From the human T2T-CHM13v2.0 reference genome, Homo sapiens: 64,000 bases of DNA. Made by a program: the position numbers and the translations under genes. The stretch lies in NCBI RefSeq assembly GCF_009914755.1, contig NC_060939.1. One strand, 5' to 3'. Below the pieces are notes generated by a model. That model worked only from the letters and a program-made list of their open reading frames with translations. It made no database searches and was not told the DNA's origin. Positions 63,908 through 64,000 of the stretch are shown here, piece by piece (position 1 is the stretch's first letter; every line of letters begins with the position of its first letter).

Positions 63908-64000
63908 TTTTTTAAAATTTTAAATTAATTTTTTTTTAATTTTAGAGGCGCGATCTCACTCTGTTGCACAGGCTGGAGCTCAGTGGTGCAACCCTTGCTC
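63908..64000 (-). mobile_element. Alu 3' end, cut by the window edge
   Basis: T-tract, then TCTCACTCTGTTGCACAGGCTGGAG. Confidence 0.85.

Overview
Primate (very likely human) non-coding DNA. It carries about 20 Alu copies of J/S/Y ages, nested L1 fragments, MaLR/ERV LTRs, L2/MIR and hAT relics. I find no supportable protein-coding exon, and the three ~800-1000 aa ORFs at 36.0-39.2 kb are artefacts of a ~35-bp G-rich VNTR. The first ~14.5 kb and ~43-47 kb are AT-rich L1 pile-ups; the rest is GC-rich. The only gene-derived feature is a processed pseudogene of SNRPC (U1-C) at ~58.47-59.23 kb. Most interesting observations: (1) a non-Alu inverted repeat at 57.2-58.1 kb whose 48-bp core is identical in both arms and holds an ETS site; (2) next to it, an almost one-directional A/T->G/C substitution tract in the 5' part of the SNRPC retrocopy; (3) a fossil Gypsy-like integrase/PPT/LTR at 53.7-56.6 kb; (4) a ~2.36-kb G-quadruplex-prone VNTR with higher-order blocks; (5) a twin-priming inverted L1 and a candidate ancient L1 3' transduction; (6) an HNF1/FOX motif cluster. 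Repeat subfamily names come from recalled consensus features and need RepeatMasker/Dfam confirmation, and boundaries are approximate. I cannot support a new multi-gene system here.
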